A stretch of DNA of 62,116 nt, filler included, from 4 parts of 4 records of this genome joined end to end with filler, not necessarily neighbours in it, one strand, 5' to 3'; positions 21,892-32,305 are shown, counted from the first letter of the whole stretch. Made by a program: numbers and translations. The notes: generated from the letters alone by a model not told the origin.

Positions 21892-23115
21892 ATGATTAGC
21901 CTGCTTGGCGTCGTTATCCTGCTGCTCGTTGCAGTTGGACTCTCCTCAAATCGTGCCGCGATTCAATTGCGAACAGTGGGATTGGCGTTTGCGTTGCAAG
22001 TCACCATTGGCTTTGTGGGCTTGTTTACCGAATGGGGCAGCGCAGCACTGGCGTCGGCATCAGATTATGTGGCCGTGCTACTGAGTTACTCGCGTGCCGG
22101 CATGGAGTTCATGTTTGGCGGCCTAGTAGGCCCTAGTGACTCGTTAGGCTTTATCTTCGCCTTTAGCGTGCTACCGGTGGTGATCTTTTTCAGTTCCTTA
22201 ATTGCTGTGCTGTATCACGCTCGCATTATGCAGTGGCTGATCCGGATCATGGGAGGTGGCCTGCGAGCGCTGCTGCGCACCAGCCACACCGAGTCCTTAT
22301 CAGCGGCCGCTAATGTGTTTGTCGGCCAAGCGGAAGCGCCACTGGTGGCGAGACCTTATATCCCTGACATGACGCGATCAGAACTGTTTGCCGTTATGGT
22401 CGGTGGGATGGCATCGATTGCGGGCTCGGTCATGGCCGGCTATGTCGCATTGGGTGTGCCCCTGGAGTATCTCTTGGCGGCGAGCTTTATGGCCGCTCCA
22501 GGAGGTTTGTTGATGGCTAAACTGATGGAGCCTGAGACCGACCAGCCCGCTGAGCCAGCGCGCGGTGAGCAGCTGGCGAGTGAGCAGTATATTAATTTCA
22601 TTGATGCGGCCGCGACGGGTGCAATGAACGGATTGCAGATGGTGGGTGCGATCGGTGCGATGCTGCTGGCCTTTATTGCACTCATCGCGATGCTTAACGG
22701 GATGTTGGAAGCAGCGGGTGCGCTGGTGGGATTTGAACAGCTCACCCTCGAGCGAGTATTGGGCGGTTTGCTCCAGCCGCTGGCTTGGGCGCTCGGAGTA
22801 CCCTGGGACGAGGCCCAGTTGGCGGGCAGCCTGATTGGACAAAAATTCATTCTCAACGAATTTGTGGCCTATGTGTCATACAGTGAGATCGCCGATCAGC
22901 TGTCGCCTCATGCTCAAGCGATCGTGATTTTTGCGCTCTGTGGATTTGCTAATTTATCGTCGATCGCCATTTTACTGGGAGGGTTGGGCGCTGTTGCACC
23001 CAGCCGCAGAGATGACATTTCTCGATACGGTATGCGTGCGCTCATCGCGGCTAGCTTGTCTAACCTGATGAGTGCCGCTTTAGCGGGATTTTTTCTGTCT
23101 TTGGGTGGTCTGTAG
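21892..23115 (+). CDS. nupC: NupC-family concentrative nucleoside transporter
   Basis: FAFSVLPVVIFFS, ANVFVGQAEAP, GMASIAGSV, KFILNEFVAY, ALCGFAN. Confidence 0.93.
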   Translation: MISLLGVVILLLVAVGLSSNRAAIQLRTVGLAFALQVTIGFVGLFTEWGSAALASASDYVAVLLSYSRAGMEFMFGGLVGPSDSLGFIFAFSVLPVVIFFSSLIAVLYHARIMQWLIRIMGGGLRALLRTSHTESLSAAANVFVGQAEAPLVARPYIPDMTRSELFAVMVGGMASIAGSVMAGYVALGVPLEYLLAASFMAAPGGLLMAKLMEPETDQPAEPARGEQLASEQYINFIDAAATGAMNGLQMVGAIGAMLLAFIALIAMLNGMLEAAGALVGFEQLTLERVLGGLLQPLAWALGVPWDEAQLAGSLIGQKFILNEFVAYVSYSEIADQLSPHAQAIVIFALCGFANLSSIAILLGGLGAVAPSRRDDISRYGMRALIAASLSNLMSAALAGFFLSLGGL

Positions 23116-23124
23116 AGCGGCAAG

Positions 23125-23970
23125 ATGGCAACGTTATTTGAGCTACCTCAACTCTCGTATGTCGCGCCAAACTTCGCTGACAGCTTTGTCGATTCGTTAC
23201 GTCAATATGGTTTTGCCGCCGTGGTGGATCATCCTCTGGATAGCCACCGCGTCGAGCGCATTTATCAAGATTGGCTGGCCTTTTTTGCGAGTGAAGAGGT
23301 CAGTGCCTTCACCATGGATCCGCAACGACAGGATGGTTATTTCTCCTTGCAATCTGCAGAGCACGCAAAAGGTTTTCGCGTCAGAGATTTCAAGGAATAT
23401 TTTCAGTTCTATCGGTGGGGACGTTGTCCTGACACACTTCGCCCTGATCTTGAATCACACTTCAATTCGACGCTGATGCTGGGTGCCACTTTGCTCGGCT
23501 ACATTGCACACAGTCTGCCGACATCCGTCAGCGAGCGTCTGACAGAACCGTTACGCGACATGATTAAGGGGAGCCAGCAGACCATGCTGCGCGTGCTGCA
23601 TTACCCGCCAATACCCGAGGATCAGCCCGTATTCAGGGCGGCACCCCATGAAGACATTAATTTGTTGACCTTGCTGCCGGCAGCCGACGGCCCCGGTTTA
23701 GAACTCAGGTTGCCCGGGGGCGAATGGGTGTCAGTGCCGCACCAACCGGGACAGCTGATTGTGAATATTGGCGATATGCTGCAAGAAGCGACGGGCGGTT
23801 ACCTGCCCTCAACCACCCATCGTGTTGCAACTCCGGACGCGTCGCACCACTCGGCGAGCCGGATGTCGTTGCCACTCTTTTTACATCCCCGTCCAGACGT
23901 GGTGCTGTCAGATCGCTATAGCGCCAAGCAATATTTACGCCAACGCCTCCATGAACTAGGTGTCGCGTAG
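23125..23970 (+). CDS. 2-oxoglutarate/Fe(II) dioxygenase, IPNS/DIOX_N type
   Basis: LRVLHYPP, HED (HxD), VNIGDML, STTHRV, RMS (RxS). Confidence 0.92.
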   Translation: MATLFELPQLSYVAPNFADSFVDSLRQYGFAAVVDHPLDSHRVERIYQDWLAFFASEEVSAFTMDPQRQDGYFSLQSAEHAKGFRVRDFKEYFQFYRWGRCPDTLRPDLESHFNSTLMLGATLLGYIAHSLPTSVSERLTEPLRDMIKGSQQTMLRVLHYPPIPEDQPVFRAAPHEDINLLTLLPAADGPGLELRLPGGEWVSVPHQPGQLIVNIGDMLQEATGGYLPSTTHRVATPDASHHSASRMSLPLFLHPRPDVVLSDRYSAKQYLRQRLHELGVA

Positions 23971-23994
23971 CGTGGATCGGAGTGAGGGGCACGT

Positions 23995-24807
23995 ATGCGG
24001 TTAAATCGCCTAGTTATCGGCGCTCTCGTCATCGTGGTCGCAATGTTATGGGGCGGTGCGATGGTGGTATCGGCAGAGCGCAGTGTGGTGGAGGCCCGCA
24101 TTGCGGTGGCGGCTAATTTCCGCGACACCGCAGAGGCGATTGCGCTGCATCTTGAGGCACACTCCGACTATCGTTACGACATTATAGTTGGCTCGACGGG
24201 CAAGCTGGCGAGTCAGATTATCAACGGCGCGCCATTTGATGTGCTGATGGCGGCAGATCGAGCCAGGCCTCAGCGACTCGTGGAGGAGGGGTTTGCAGTG
24301 GCTGACTCTCTGCGCACGTACGCGCTGGGTGAGCTCGGGCTGTGGTGGCCAGAAGCGGGTCAACCCATTGCCATCAGTGATCTCAGTGCGCTCGACCCGC
24401 GGGACATTTGTCTGGCGAATCCCACACTCGCGCCTTACGGCAACGCTGCGTTAACAGTGCTGAGAGAGGCGGGTTTTTCCGAAACGGTTTTAGCCGGTTT
24501 GGTGCGGGTTGATAATGTTAACTTGGTTACCGCGATGGTGGCCCAGCGTCAGGTCCGTGCGGGGTTCATCGCGCGCTCAGCTCGAGTGGTCGCGAGTAAA
24601 CGGGATAATGTGCTAATGAACGAGACAGAGATTTTATGGTTGTCGGATCACGAGCCTATTGATCAGGCACTCGTTTTATTGAATCGCGCACAAGAGAATG
24701 CGGCGGCGCACTTTTGGGTTGAGCAAATACATCATCCTGCCATTCGAGCTCTGATTCAGGCGGATGGCTACCAGCTGCGTCCGCTGGAGAGTGCCCGTGG
24801 CAGGTGA
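23995..24807 (+). CDS. modA: Molybdate ABC transporter substrate-binding protein
   Basis: AVAANF, GSTGKL, GAPFDV, ANPTLAPYG. Confidence 0.9.
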   Translation: MRLNRLVIGALVIVVAMLWGGAMVVSAERSVVEARIAVAANFRDTAEAIALHLEAHSDYRYDIIVGSTGKLASQIINGAPFDVLMAADRARPQRLVEEGFAVADSLRTYALGELGLWWPEAGQPIAISDLSALDPRDICLANPTLAPYGNAALTVLREAGFSETVLAGLVRVDNVNLVTAMVAQRQVRAGFIARSARVVASKRDNVLMNETEILWLSDHEPIDQALVLLNRAQENAAAHFWVEQIHHPAIRALIQADGYQLRPLESARGR

Positions 24808-25474
24808 TGTGCAGGCCATCTGGCTGACAGGGTTGTTGGCCCTGGTGACCACCTTGCTGCTCATGCCCCTGGCGACGCCATTGGCCTGGTGGTTAGCGCG
24901 ATCGCCTTCACGCGCGAAATCGGCTGTCGAGGCCGTGGTCGCCATGCCGTTAGTGCTGCCGCCGACGGTGTTGGGCTTTTATCTGTTGGTCCTGTTGAAT
25001 CCCGATACGTTCCTGGGCGGTTTATGGGTTCGCGCGACGGGTGAGGCACTGACCTTTTCCTTTGCGGGACTGGTGATCGCCTCCATGATTTACTCGCTAC
25101 CCTTTATGGTGCAGCCCCTGCACAGTGCTTTCCGTGCGGTACCGGAGTCAGTGATGGAGGCGGCCGCAACGTTGGGTGCCTCACCGCGGGATCGATTTTT
25201 TAATGTCGGTATCCCGTTAGCGCGGCGGGGGTTTTTGACGGGCGCGGTATTGACCTTTGCCCATACCGTCGGTGAATTTGGGGTGGTCTTGATGATGGGG
25301 GGCAATATCCCCGGTGAGACGCGGGTGCTATCGATTGCGATCTATGAACACGTCGAGACACTCAACTATGACGCAGCGCATTCTTTGGCGCTGGGCTTGT
25401 TGTGTTTTGCTTTTATGTCGCTGTGGTTGGTGTACCGATTGGCGGGCGAGCGTGTTGAGGTCATTCGCGGATGA
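24797..25474 (+). CDS. modB: Molybdate ABC transporter permease
   Basis: PLVLPPTVLGFYLL, EAAATLGA, FAHTVGEFG; GTG 24797 after GGAGA. Confidence 0.93.
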   Translation: MAGDVQAIWLTGLLALVTTLLLMPLATPLAWWLARSPSRAKSAVEAVVAMPLVLPPTVLGFYLLVLLNPDTFLGGLWVRATGEALTFSFAGLVIASMIYSLPFMVQPLHSAFRAVPESVMEAAATLGASPRDRFFNVGIPLARRGFLTGAVLTFAHTVGEFGVVLMMGGNIPGETRVLSIAIYEHVETLNYDAAHSLALGLLCFAFMSLWLVYRLAGERVEVIRG

Positions 25475-26394
25475 GTCGTCGATTGGTGATTGACGGTCAG
25501 CTAAAGCGGGCCGATTTTGTGCTGAATCTTGCCCTCGATATTGAACTGTCGTTACCGGTGGGCCTCATGGGCGCCACCGGGGCAGGCAAGACAACCTTGC
25601 TCCGTGTGCTGGCGGGATTAGAGCCCGGTTTTCGGGGACGGATCACCTTTTGTAACGAAGTGTGGAGTGATACGCGGGACACGCCGAGTTGTTTCATCCC
25701 CACGCATAAGCGTGGCGTCGGGATGGCGTTTCAAGACAGCCGATTACTACCGGAGCGCACGGTGCGGGGTAATCTTATGTTCGCGATGCATCGTGCCAGT
25801 GGGGACGGGCTCAGTGTCTCGTTTGAAGACGTTATCAAGGGACTGTACTTGGCGGATTTGCTCGAGCAACGCACCGAGTCTTTATCCGGAGGCGAGCGGC
25901 AAAGGGTGGCACTTGCCAGGGCCTTGCTGTCCAAGCCGCGGTTACTCTTACTGGATGAGCCCTTGTCTGCTAATGATACCGAGCGGCGGCTCGCCATGTT
26001 AGCGCAGCTGGAGGCGTGGCTATCCTCCGAGACCGTGGCCGTGTTGTATGTGTCACATGCACAAGAGGAGTTACGGCGTCTTACTCACCAGTTGATCATG
26101 ATGGATCGAGGGGTAGTGAGATCGCAGGGGATAACGAATACATTGTTAACCGAGGTGATCAACGCCGAGGGCGAATCGAGGGATCAGTGGGTCGGCGAAG
26201 CGGCGATGGTCGTTGCGGCAGATGCGGATCAGTTATCAGTGGTTTTACAGAGAACGGCAGATGCGGGCGCGACGGACCAATCTACTTTGGTGTCGGGAGA
26301 CCGCGTGCTGATTCGTCGTATTACGCCTGACACGTCACGGCGTGACCTTCCGCTGCAACCACAATCCGAGCAGGATGAGGCCGAGACCGAATAG
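25471..26394 (+). CDS. modC: Molybdate ABC transporter ATPase
   Basis: Walker A GATGAGKT, LSGGERQR, LLLDEP; ATGA overlap with modB. Confidence 0.88.
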   Translation: MSRRLVIDGQLKRADFVLNLALDIELSLPVGLMGATGAGKTTLLRVLAGLEPGFRGRITFCNEVWSDTRDTPSCFIPTHKRGVGMAFQDSRLLPERTVRGNLMFAMHRASGDGLSVSFEDVIKGLYLADLLEQRTESLSGGERQRVALARALLSKPRLLLLDEPLSANDTERRLAMLAQLEAWLSSETVAVLYVSHAQEELRRLTHQLIMMDRGVVRSQGITNTLLTEVINAEGESRDQWVGEAAMVVAADADQLSVVLQRTADAGATDQSTLVSGDRVLIRRITPDTSRRDLPLQPQSEQDEAETE

Positions 26395-27216
26395 CGTGTA
26401 GACCTTGACCGGTTCGCCCGTTATCAACCAGATGAATAACAGCGACAGCGGCGGGGAGAGAAAGATAAGACTGGTAATACGCAGCGCAGAAGAGGTCGCC
26501 TTCATCGCACCCATCCACAGAATAAAAGCGATGCCCATCTCAAATAGCCCGATGTAAGCGCTACCGGCCCAGCCCTGCCAAGGAATTGTCAGTGGCGTCT
26601 GAGTGAACCAGACCAGACCGAATAACAGCGGCAGAGCGCCCGAAAAATTCAGCAGTAAATTGGTTTCCGGTGCGATGCTCAGCCGAGCGTTGAGTACCCA
26701 ATAAAAACTCCAAATCAGGGTGCTGAGTAAGGCGAGACTGATCCCGATCGGCTGCGCGAGTTCTAGCGCCAACGGGGCGCCGCGCGTCGCAATGACGATA
26801 ATCCCCAAGTAGCTGATGCAGGCGGCGCCCAGCGCACCTGCCGTCAAGCGATGTTTAAGCATCGGTACTGCGATGAGCGCCAGCGTAATGCCCCAAGAAT
26901 AATTAATGGCCATGGCTTCTTGTGCGGGCAATCGGTCATAAGCAGCGAACAGCACCAGATAATAAAGCCCTGGGTTCAGCCACCCGGTGAGTAATCCAAT
27001 GCCTCGCTGTGTCCATGAGGTGTCTCGGAGCGCGGCAAGACGAGTGGTTTGCATGAGTCTGATGGCGAAAAAACACCAGCTGATCGTGGTGGCTAGGGTG
27101 ACCAGCTGCAGTGGCGAGAGGTAGTCGAGCGTGAGGCTAAACGCGGTCGCGACAGTGCTCCACAACAGCACCGCACCCAACCCCAACTGCACTGCAAGAC
27201 GATCGTTGTGTGTCAT
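26335..27216 (-). CDS. DMT/EamA-family transporter
   Basis: LLWSTVATAF, LNPGLYYLVLF.AYD.LPAQ motifs, about 10 TM segments. Confidence 0.88.
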   Translation of the reverse strand: MTHNDRLAVQLGLGAVLLWSTVATAFSLTLDYLSPLQLVTLATTISWCFFAIRLMQTTRLAALRDTSWTQRGIGLLTGWLNPGLYYLVLFAAYDRLPAQEAMAINYSWGITLALIAVPMLKHRLTAGALGAACISYLGIIVIATRGAPLALELAQPIGISLALLSTLIWSFYWVLNARLSIAPETNLLLNFSGALPLLFGLVWFTQTPLTIPWQGWAGSAYIGLFEMGIAFILWMGAMKATSSALRITSLIFLSPPLSLLFIWLITGEPVKVYTLFGLGLILLGLWLQRKVTP

Positions 27217-27313
27217 CTAACGGATTCCATGCGTTCGTGAGGGTTAATCCTTAGCGATTCCGGGTGCGACGTGCCAAACTATGGTTTTCTTATATGACTC
27301 AGGAGCCCACAGC

Positions 27314-27874
27314 ATGGGACACATTGGCGACCATGTCACTCTCGACGAACCCGCGTTTATTCATGAAAGTGCGTGGTTGTATGGCAAGGTCACTGTCGGT
27401 CAAGGCGTTTCTATTTGGCCGAATGCGGTGACCCGCGCGGAGACGTACGAAATTCGCATTGGTGCGCGCACTAACATTCAGGATTTTGTGATGATTCATG
27501 TCGGTATCGCGTCTCCCACCCTCATCGGTGAAGATTGCTCTATTACCCATCACGCCACGTTGCATGGCTGTGAAATTGGCGATCGCTGTTTAATTGGGAT
27601 CAACGCCACCATCATGGATGGCGCAAAGATTGGCGATAATTCAATTGTCGCAGGCCATACGATCATTACTGAGAATAAAGTTTTCCCGCCCAATTCGGTG
27701 ATCGCAGGGGTGCCCGGTAAAGTGGTTGCGACGCGGGATTGTGGTGAGGCTAATACGCTCAATGCGCAATTTTATACCGCTTGTGCTGCCCAGTATCGTC
27801 AGGGGAATGATCTATTGCCACCCGAGTCGCTGGCGCAATTCAATGATCTCGCAAAATCGTCTGAGGCGACCTAG
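27314..27874 (+). CDS. Gamma-carbonic anhydrase family protein
   Basis: Hexapeptide repeats, NIQD..MIH and ITHHATLHGC with the three putative Zn-ligand His; AGGAG before ATG 27314. Confidence 0.88.
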   Translation: MGHIGDHVTLDEPAFIHESAWLYGKVTVGQGVSIWPNAVTRAETYEIRIGARTNIQDFVMIHVGIASPTLIGEDCSITHHATLHGCEIGDRCLIGINATIMDGAKIGDNSIVAGHTIITENKVFPPNSVIAGVPGKVVATRDCGEANTLNAQFYTACAAQYRQGNDLLPPESLAQFNDLAKSSEAT

Positions 27875-27999
27875 ACCCACCAGTCCAAGTAGTGCTTTGC
27901 GTGTGGCGCTGGCGGGTTGCTCTGGCGTGACGGAGTAACGGCTCGTCGATTGAATCAGTGCGTGAATGCTTTCGTGATGAGTCCCGTCGATGAGTTCAT

Positions 28000-28356
28000 T
28001 TAGGGCGCTTCGTCGGCTGCCAAGAGCGCCGCCAAACCGCCCGCATTGACTGCTGCGGAAAAGCCTTCGAGGACTAGCGCCTTTTCCGCTTGCCCTGAGC
28101 GGTTACCGGTTCTGCAATAGAGCACGATGGGGTCGCTGTCGGCAACGGATAGCTCGCGAATACCGTCAACGATGTTGTCATGGGGAATATTAATAGCACC
28201 TGGGTAATGACCCGTTGCAAATTCTTCGGGGGTTCTGACATCAACAATCAGGCCCTCTCCCGCTAACGCGGTGAGAACCCGTCCGTCGATCTGAGGTGGC
28301 GCACTATCACAAGCCGCTAGCCAGGCTATTAATAGGCAGATAGTGATCGTTTTCAC
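28000..28356 (-). CDS. Rhodanese-domain lipoprotein (PspE-like)
   Basis: Lipobox LAAC, DVRTPEEF, GHYPGAINIP, active loop CRTGNRS; GTG start after GGGAG. Confidence 0.85.
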   Translation of the reverse strand: MKTITICLLIAWLAACDSAPPQIDGRVLTALAGEGLIVDVRTPEEFATGHYPGAINIPHDNIVDGIRELSVADSDPIVLYCRTGNRSGQAEKALVLEGFSAAVNAGGLAALLAADEAP

Positions 28357-28419
28357 GGCAGCACTCCCTAACGTCAAGCGGAGTGTAACAAGTTACTGCG
28401 CAGATTAAGACGCGGCGAC

Positions 28420-30102
28420 TTAGCCGGTGGCCGGGTTATTGTTGGGATCATCTCGCCGATCAGCGTCGTTGGGTGGCATATTTTCAAATATCCACTCCTT
28501 GGCTGCAGAAAGCGCCTCAAGCCGTGTGTCGAATCGTGTTTCAGTGGGCAGATGATCACTGACTCCCATGCCACTCAGGCTTGCAGCCACCGCGTCGTTA
28601 ATACCACAGACAAAAAGATGCTTGCCCGCATGAGCGGCGTCTTGTGCGATGGTTTCAATTGCGCGTAAGGCCGACACATCCATGAACGGGACGCGACCAA
28701 AATCGAGCGCCAGCGCTACGTGATGTTGTGGGCTGAGTCGCTCTCGCACATGATGTCCTAAGTCTGCTGCGGCGCCAAAACTCAGAGGACCGCCAAAGTC
28801 AAAGTAGGTCAGATGATCACCACACTCCTCGAGCAAGGCAACTTCTCGGTCAGACAGACCTTGGGAGAGGTTATCCACATCGCCCGCTGCCAGCGCTAAT
28901 TGGGCATCAGAGACTTGCTTAACATAGGCGATGGCCGCGACCACAACCCCTGCGGCGACCGCGGTAATGAGGTCAACAAAGACGGTTAAGCTCAGCACCA
29001 TTACCATCAGCGCCAGATCGAAGCGAGGGCCTTTGTGGGCCCGTTTTAAATAGGAGAAATCGACGATGTCGTAACCCACCTTGACGAGAATTCCCGCTAA
29101 GACCGCGTGGGGAATTTGAGATGCCAAAGGGGCCAGCACCAGGACAACGGCGAGGAGAAACAGAGCGTGAAACACCCCAGAGAGCCTGGTAACACCCCCC
29201 GTTCGGATATTGACGACGGTCCGCATGGTCGCGCCGGCTCCGGGAATGCCGCCGAAAAACCCAGCAGCCATATTGCCCACGCCTTGGCCAATTAATTCGC
29301 GGTTAGAGTCATGTCGCGTGCGGGTCATATTGTCGGCGACCAATGACGTCAGCAGACTATCGATCGCACCCAGTATGGCGAGGATGAGGGCGGCCTCCAT
29401 AATGATTAACGCTGCATCTCCGGAAACGGAGGGCATGATAAAAGAGGGCAAACCGGTTGGGATGGCACCCAATATGGGGACGCCATCGATGCCCATGCTC
29501 ACCAGAGTACCGACGACGAGTGCGACGAGTGGGCTGGGAAGATACTTACCCCACTGAGCGGGCCATAAAAAAACAATAGCCAGCGTTAATAAGCTAATAC
29601 TTAGCGCACTAAAATTGGGGTCGGCTATCGCCGAGGGAACTTCCAGCAGCGCGGGTATCGTGCCGCCACCCTCGGGTTCATGCCCGAAGAGGCGTGCCAA
29701 CTGCAGTGCAATGATGATGCAGCCAATCCCACTCATAAACCCCGATACGACGGGGTAGGGGACTAGGCGAATGTATTGTCCGAATCCGAGCACTCCAAAT
29801 GCAATTTGCAACACACCCGCCAAAATGACAGTGGCGAAGATCATCGCCACATCGCCACTCAGTGAGGCAAATACGCCGGCAAAAACCACAATCATCGGTC
29901 CTGTCGGACCCGAAATCTGCGACGGTGTGCCGCCAAATACAGCGGCGAAAAATCCCACCAAAATGGCACCATAGACACCCGCAATCGGTCCCGCTCCGGA
30001 TGCTTCGCCAAAGGCGAGTGCCAGTGGCAAGGCCACGACGCCGGCCGTTAGCCCACCGAAAACATCACCCCGAAGATGGGAGAAATCAAAGAAACGGGAC
30101 AT
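28420..30102 (-). CDS. SulP/SLC26 anion transporter with STAS domain, BicA-like
   Basis: GDVFGGLTAGVVALPLALAFG, GGTPSQISGPTGPM, GAIDSLLT, GAGATMRT, STAS PFMDVSA. Confidence 0.92.
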   Translation of the reverse strand: MSRFFDFSHLRGDVFGGLTAGVVALPLALAFGEASGAGPIAGVYGAILVGFFAAVFGGTPSQISGPTGPMIVVFAGVFASLSGDVAMIFATVILAGVLQIAFGVLGFGQYIRLVPYPVVSGFMSGIGCIIIALQLARLFGHEPEGGGTIPALLEVPSAIADPNFSALSISLLTLAIVFLWPAQWGKYLPSPLVALVVGTLVSMGIDGVPILGAIPTGLPSFIMPSVSGDAALIIMEAALILAILGAIDSLLTSLVADNMTRTRHDSNRELIGQGVGNMAAGFFGGIPGAGATMRTVVNIRTGGVTRLSGVFHALFLLAVVLVLAPLASQIPHAVLAGILVKVGYDIVDFSYLKRAHKGPRFDLALMVMVLSLTVFVDLITAVAAGVVVAAIAYVKQVSDAQLALAAGDVDNLSQGLSDREVALLEECGDHLTYFDFGGPLSFGAAADLGHHVRERLSPQHHVALALDFGRVPFMDVSALRAIETIAQDAAHAGKHLFVCGINDAVAASLSGMGVSDHLPTETRFDTRLEALSAAKEWIFENMPPNDADRRDDPNNNPATG

Positions 30103-30208
30103 AAATGGTTCGACTCCTGCGGAATTAAATAGATCCAGTGAAATGAGGCCTTAGTAGCCAGATCGGCTCGACATCATCCACTGGTAAGTGGATTATCAAG
30201 TAATGCGG

Positions 30209-30377
30209 TTAGCCCTCTGGCATCGCTGAACTGTGGTGCTGAAGTATTTTCCAGCCGTCGTCAGAAGCCACATATAAATAGCTGAAACGTGCGCTGACCT
30301 TGGATCCGTCGCCAAAGGTAAAGGTGTAGATGCCCGAATTGGTCGCATGGGTCTCACTCAAGATGTTCACATTGAAC
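30209..30377 (-). CDS. C-terminal part of an iota-class carbonic anhydrase-like protein (SgcJ/EcaC, CaMKII-association-domain fold); absent from ORF track
   Basis: Manual translation: FNVNILSETHATNSGIYTFTFGDGSKVSARFSYLYVASDDGWKILQHHSSAMPEG*; GxYTF, ARFSY and HHSS motifs. Confidence 0.82.
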
Positions 30378-30477
30378 NNNNNNNNNNNNNNNNNNNNNNN
30401 NNNNNNNNNNNNNNNNNNNNNTTAATTAATTAANNNNNNNNNNNNNNNNNNNNNNNNNNNNNNNNNNNNNNNNNNNN
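30378..30477. other. Artificial contig spacer
   Basis: N-run with TTAATTAATTAA. Confidence 0.99.
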
Positions 30478-31473
30478 CTCGATGATCGGCAGACCCGTCA
30501 TCGAGCCGCCACCCATCTCGTCGGAGAGCTTCGCGCAGCGCTCCAGCAGACGGGAGTGCAAGTAGAAGACGTCTCCGGGGTATGCCTCACGGCCCGGAGG
30601 ACGACGCAGCAACAGTGACACAGCACGGTAGGCCTCAGCCTGCTTGGAGAGGTCATCGAAGATGATCAGGACGTGCTTTGAGTTGTACATCCAGTGCTGA
30701 CCGATGGCAGAACCGGTGTAGGGGGCGAGGTACTTGAACCCTGCGGGGTCAGAGGCAGGAGCAGCGACGATGGTCGTGTACTCCATGGCGCCAGCCTCTT
30801 CGAGAGCACCGCGCACACCGGCGATGGTCGAACCCTTCTGACCAATCGCGACATAGATGCAGCGAACCTGCTTGGTGGGGTCACCGGACTCCCAGTTGGC
30901 CTTCTGGTTGATGATGGTGTCTACCGCGATAGCTGTCTTACCGGTCTGACGGTCACCAATGATGAGCTGACGCTGTCCACGACCCACCGGAATCATGGCG
31001 TCAATGGCCTTGATACCCGTCTGGAGGGGCTCGTGCACACTGCGCCTGGCCATAACGCCGGGGGCCTGCAGCTCGAGAGCGCGACGACCCTCAGCCTTGA
31101 TAGCTCCCATGCCATCGATGGGGTTACCCAGCGGGTCCACCACGCGACCGAGGTAGCCATCACCCACGGGCACGGAGAGAACCTCACCGGTACGGGTTAC
31201 TTCCTGGCCAGCCTCAACACCGCTGAACTCACCGAGGACCACGACACCAATCTCGTTCTCATCCAGGTTCTGGGCGAGACCGAGTGTTCCATCCTGGAAC
31301 TTCACCAGTTCGTTAGCCATGACACCGGGGAGCCCCTCGACGTGAGCAATACCGTCCGCGGCATCCACCACGTGACCCACCTCGGTGGTAGCTGCGGTGC
31401 CGGGGTCGTAGGACTTCGCAAAGTCCTTCAGGGCATCGCGGATGTGATCCGGGTTGATTGTTAGTTCAGCCAT
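30478..31473 (-). CDS. atpA: F1 ATP synthase alpha subunit, 3'-truncated
   Basis: MAELTI start, [31 protein letters not shown]. Confidence 0.97.
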
Positions 31474-31519
31474 GGTTTTTCCTTTGGTTGTGTGTGCACT
31501 GACACGTATGTCGCCGGCG

Positions 31520-32305
31520 CTAGCCGGCAAGTTTCATTCTCAAATCCTGCAGCCGGGTGGCCACGCTTCCATCAATAACGTCATCGCCCACGCGAATCCG
31601 CGCTCCCCCGACGACACTGTCGTCGATCTGCTGCGCAATGTAGTGCGGGCGCTGATACTTCTTCTCCACGAGTTGCTCAATGTGGGCGTGCTGGGCTGCG
31701 CTGAGAGGCTTCGCGACCGAGACCACAGCAAGGCCTTTGCCGCCCTGATCCGCGACAATCTCAGCCGAGTTCATCAGCATGCGTCCAATCCGGCGACCGC
31801 GGGAGTCCGACACGAGGTGACGCACAATGGCTTCTGCCTCGGGCGATACTTTCCCGCCAATCAGCGCGCTCACCATGGTTGCTTTCGCCTGGGATGAAGC
31901 GCGCTTCGACCCCACAGCAAGCTCAACCTCGGGATCGGAGTGAATCAGGCTCGAGATGGCCAGGAGCTCTCCCACGAGGTCAGAGTCACCAGAGACCTCC
32001 GCGAGGATCCGGATTCCCAGTTCCTCCAAGGCGGCTTGAAGATCGTTCGCACTGGACCAGGGAAGGCTCACCAGCTCGCCAATCAGCGCTTTCGCGTCGG
32101 TGGACAACGACGCGAAAGCGCCTTTCGCAAGTGCTTGGAGGGCTTTCTGGTCCGCTGAAGAATCTCCCAAAGCTCCCCGAAGGGCTTTCGACCCCGACAA
32201 TCCCAGGGCAGCAGCGAACAACGAACTCGCGAGCTCGCTGGTTGCCGTATACCCGCCGAGGCTCGCTCGAGCCTTGACGAGGGATTGTGTGGTCTGTGCG
32301 CCCAT
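31520..32305 (-). CDS. atpH: ATP synthase delta subunit (long actinobacterial type)
   Basis: C-terminal [18 protein letters not shown]; lies between atpF and atpA. Confidence 0.92.
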   Translation of the reverse strand: MGAQTTQSLVKARASLGGYTATSELASSLFAAALGLSGSKALRGALGDSSADQKALQALAKGAFASLSTDAKALIGELVSLPWSSANDLQAALEELGIRILAEVSGDSDLVGELLAISSLIHSDPEVELAVGSKRASSQAKATMVSALIGGKVSPEAEAIVRHLVSDSRGRRIGRMLMNSAEIVADQGGKGLAVVSVAKPLSAAQHAHIEQLVEKKYQRPHYIAQQIDDSVVGGARIRVGDDVIDGSVATRLQDLRMKLAG

